Shown here one piece after another: positions 59,890 to 64,000 of a stretch of DNA of 64,000 nucleotides. The stretch covers positions 21,638,001-21,702,000 of the forward strand of contig NC_086101.1 of NCBI RefSeq assembly GCF_963921235.1. Reading direction: 5' to 3'. This DNA is from Mobula hypostoma (taxonomy: Eukaryota). The notes beneath the pieces were generated by a model that saw nothing but the letters and a program-made list of their open reading frames with translations, searched no databases and was not told the origin of the DNA. Within the stretch, counting starts at the first letter, position 1. Each line of letters opens with the position of its first letter. The translations under genes were made by a program, and so were the position numbers.

Positions 59890-62720
59890 TACCTCCTGTC
59901 TGATGGTAGGTGCAAGCAGATGACTTGGACGGTCGGGATCGTCAGTGACAGATTTTGCCTTCTTGAGGCAGTGTCTCATGTAAGAACGACCAAAGTGGGG
60001 TGGGGTGTGTCAGTGATGTATTGGACAGGGTCCAGTACTCTGCAGCTTCCCACATTCCTGCATGTTTGAATTGCTGTACCAGACCATAATGCAACCACAG
60101 GATACTCTCAGCAGGACATTTGTAGAAGTATGTTAAACTGTTTCATGACAATCTGAACCTCCTAATAAAGTGAAGACACTGACACACCTTCCTTGTGATT
60201 GTATTTATGTGCTGAGGCTAGAATAAGTCATCTCCTACGTTAACATACAGGAATTTGAAATTGCTGGCCCTCTCCACCCAGAGGGATTTCTCCCTTGTTC
60301 TTGATTTCCCCACCAATGAAGACACCCTTCCAGTATCACTTTTCCAGATCATTTTCTCTTTCAGATCTGAATTATTCATCACTATCCCTTCCCCTGCCTC
60401 ATTGTACCCAAAGATTTCCCAATAACTTTTTTGCAGTCTGTGTTTCCAATACCCCCACCAGGCTGCCTTACCCATCCACAGTACAGGTATCTTTCCCAAT
60501 GTACCTATCGTGTTGGTGCGGAGGATGGGGAGTGTTCACTGTGTACAGATCAGAAGTTGGGCAATTTGACAGTGGATGTTGAGAATATACTTCCCAATTC
60601 CCAGACACCCACACTCTGGGTTTCCTTCCCACCGTCTCTATGCTTCCCAACCTCCCATTCCACCAACAAGAGCAGAACATCAATGTCAATCCCCAACCCC
60701 ATGCAGGTCTGCAAGCACTGATCTCTGGGCACCACCAACAACCACCTACCCACAGACTTCTCTCCACGCCAGTGACAATCCTGTCTGCGTGGCCTGGGAC
60801 TCACTTAAAATTCCTTTGGTTGTTCCATACGGCACAAAGGGCAGACAGAAACACTAACATCTGATGCCAGGGCAGGATCGGGGGGGGGGGGGGCGTGGTG
60901 GTTCTCCTGTTGTGCAGCTTGTTTTGTGACAGTCAGTCTACCCTGAGACAGTTGTCATGATCTTGTACCTTATTGTCTACCTGCATTGGATTTTCAATGT
61001 AGTTGTTACTGTTTTACCTCATTCTGCCTCAATGAACTGTGTAATGATTTAATCTGTATGAAGAGTATGCAGGTCACACTTTTTACTGCACCTCAGTACA
61101 TTTGAGAAAAATAAGCCAATTCCAATCCAATCACTCACCTCTCTCTCTTCTACACTAAAGGTTAGAGTGCCGAAGATAAATGAAAATATGTTGCAAACAC
61201 ATAAGCAGATCAGAAATATCAAATGAGTTTCCCTCTCCACAGCTGCTGCCTGACCTGCTGAGTGTTTCCTGCATTTTCCATTTTTATTTCACATCTCCAA
61301 CAAATCCTGAGCTGATGGAACCTTTCCTCCTGAGACAACTCACTTCATTCTGGTATCCGTTAAGTAAACCACTGAGATGTTGGATGGCAATATACAGGAG
61401 ACAGGGAGAAAACACATGATTCAACATTACAAGGTCAATCTTATTAGTTACCAATACTTTGTCCAGTTTCTCTCCTTTTCAGAAGATCCATGAAATCTGA
61501 ATTAGAGTTTATTTTTGGTTTCAGGATAAAACAAGGAAGAAAAAAACTACATTTCCATAGTCCCTTTCCCCTCCTCAGCTTGTCTCTCAGTGCTTCAAAC
61601 ACAGTGAAGCTAGTTTTATGATGCAGATGTTTATGAAAGTAGAACAGAACAGTATTGTACAGTATGGGCCCTTTGGCCCATCACGTTGTGCTAACCTATA
61701 TAAACCCAGTCCAGAAATAATATAACTCCTCTCTCTAATTTTCTCACTTGAATGGACTTATTGGAGTGTTTTATAAATGTCCCTATTGTATCAACCTCTT
61801 CCGGCAATGCATTCCAGACACCTGCTGAAAACCAGGCATCTGACATCTCCCCGAGACTTTCAACCACTCACCATAAACAGATGTTCTCTGATATTGGTCA
61901 TTGCTGCCCCTGGGATAAAGGACTGGGATTTTGCAGTACAGTAGATGGGCAGCCTCTGGGCAGCAAGACCCCACAGAACGTAGTGTGGGTATGACCAGGT
62001 CTGGCAATAGTGGTAAGTAAATGATGCCCAGGACACCAAGGTCAATGTCAGAGTTTCCACCAAAATCGACTTCAGTACTTTGTACCCACTAACAGTGTAG
62101 ACAGGTTTGAGGTTAATGAATCAGAAATTTGTAGGTGATTCCTTGGGAATGCAGGGAACTTTGCCGGAGCCCAGAATTGAACCAACAACCTTCTATTCCA
62201 GGGTAATGCCACCGGACAACCAGCCACACACTCGACACTCTCTCTTCTCATTGGAATATCAGAGCAAATGTAGGCAATCTGGCCTTTGAATCTGCTCACC
62301 ATTCAATAAGATCAGGGCTGACCTGACCATAGACTCAGATCCACCTATCTACATTTTCCCCATGACAATAAATTCTCTGCCACGTAATAATCAAATCTAC
62401 TGTAACTGTGTCTGAAGAATATCTAATGAGGTGGCCCCTGCAACTTCCCCGGGAAGAGAACTGCACAGATTCACTCTCTCTGAGAAACGTATTATCTCCT
62501 CATAATCCTGAATCTGCTCTCCCATCCTCACCTTCAGAGGACTATGTCCCCTGTTTCTTGTCTCATATACCCATGAAAACAGCTTTATTGCCTCTATATC
62601 TATCCTTTTCATAATTGTCAGTGTTTTGATAGGATCTCTCCCATTCTTCAGCGAGTTCCAGAGGACTCCTCCCTCCCATGGGACAGAAAGTCTTAAAGCA
62701 CCTACCGCCAGCTTCTATGC
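59890..62720 (-). repeat. Inverted paralog of the gene B 3' flank (~9680-14560)
   Basis: e.g. 62630-62720 is the reverse complement of 9690-9800; 60790-60870 matches 11725-11810. Confidence 0.82.
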
Positions 62721-62766
62721 CATGGTTATAAAACAAGAGAAAGTTTGCAGGTGCTGCAAATTCAAG

Positions 62767-63303
62767 TGTAATGCTCGCTTCAGCTAGCAGCTCAATATAG
62801 GTCCCGGCCCGGCCAAACTTTAGAAATCTCGTCTGGGTGGATGCTGTGCACTGTGTCCCCATTACAAATCAGTACCCTGAAATAACAAACAGTACACAAT
62901 ATGCGATTAAACGATTGAGCTATATAATTCTTACTTTGACTATATAGTTAGTAAAAAAAAAACAAATAAAAGCAAAAGGGTCCATTCTCATGAAACAATG
63001 TTGGAGCTCACTGATAAGCCAGTTGTCCACCTTCGACCTCCTCGGATCGTCGCTGACCTTCGGACCCTCGCTCCAAGTCCATTCCATCTGGCAGTCAACC
63101 AACTTTCTCCATTCGTGTCTTCTCTCCTCATCTCTCCCCAGCAAACGACCACGAAAATCTCTCTTCCAGACTCACAAGAAAGAACAACATTCCTCTCATT
63201 AGATACCCCAACATTCAAAACCCCTTTATCTCTAGTCATAACCCAAGCATTGCTGCTATAGAGAAGGCATTGCACTAGCAGTGAAACATTACAGCATGTT
63301 ACA
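62767..63303. mobile_element. Solo LTR, duplicated copy of 5501-6049
   Basis: TGTAA...GTTACA with the same CAAG TSD. Confidence 0.8.
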
Positions 63304-63379
63304 CAAGCAAGGGTCTCGGCCTGAAACGTCGACTGCACTCCTTACCATAGATGCTGCCTGGCCTGCTGAGTTACTCCAG

Positions 63380-63772
63380 GATCTTATTGAAACATATAAG
63401 ATTATTAAGGGATTGGACACGCTGGAGGCTGGAAGCATGTTCCCGCTGATGGGTGAGTCCAGAACCAGAGGCCACAGTTTAAGAATAAGGGGTAGGCCAT
63501 TTAGAACGGAGTTGAGGAAAAACTTTTTCACCCAGAGAGTGGTGGATATATGGAATGCTCTGCCCCAGAAGGCTGTGGAGGCCAATTCTCTGGATGCTTT
63601 CAAGAAAGAGATGGAAAGAGCTCTTAAAGATAGCGGAATCAAAGGTTATGGGGATAAGGCAGGAACTGGATACTGGCTGTGGATTATCAGCCATGATCAC
63701 AGTGAATGGTGGTGCTGGCTCGAAGGGCCGAATGGCCTACTCCTGCACCTATTGTCTATTGTCTATTGTCTA
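63380..63772 (+). mobile_element. Young CR1 3' fragment
   Basis: DLIETYKI..TRGHSL..FFTQRVVDIWNALP; (CTATTGT)n tail; empty site in paralog at ~6125. Confidence 0.88.
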
Positions 63773-64000
63773 TTCTGTGTGTGTTTCTCTGCAACTGTTA
63801 ACCATGTAACTTTAATCTGTATTCTTGTTCTGGCTCTATACATGCTGTAATATTTTGTCTGTCTGAACAGTATGCAAGGCAACCTTTTTCTCTGTGTCCC
63901 CGTACATGTGGCATTATCATTTCCACGTGTTCAGCCTTCTCACGGGTCGCACAGGATCCGAACAGTAAGTGCAATACTGCCACCTGGTGACTGTACGGAA

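Overview
Vertebrate genomic DNA. The repeat content (CR1, Rex1/Babar, Penelope-like 3' ends, L1, V-SINE) suggests a cartilaginous fish, probably a ray, but that is inference. The window is a rearranged cluster of RING/B-box2/coiled-coil/PRY-SPRY TRIM genes. Gene B (minus, 27276->15628, 465 aa) and gene C (plus, 43254->59724, 466 aa) are complete 6-exon genes arranged head-to-head, with exons of 402/96/234/23/119/524-527 nt and all introns GT-AG. Copy A is an orphan exon 1 (minus, 9345->8944). Copy D is an orphan exons 4-6 cassette with an open frame (plus, 33777->37894). Comparing paralogs by eye shows: (1) mosaic ancestry, with abrupt perfectly identical C/D tracts covering the PRY-SPRY variable loops; (2) amino-acid divergence concentrated in those loops; (3) an ISRE found only in gene B's promoter, beside a shared DR4+ETS module; (4) an L1 flanked by a ~240-bp target duplication; (5) a perfect 84-bp-arm Penelope palindrome; (6) an intact minimal hammerhead ribozyme motif; (7) several solo LTRs, most with TSDs. 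One 134-N assembly gap lies inside gene B intron 4. All alignments were done by eye and no database search was run.
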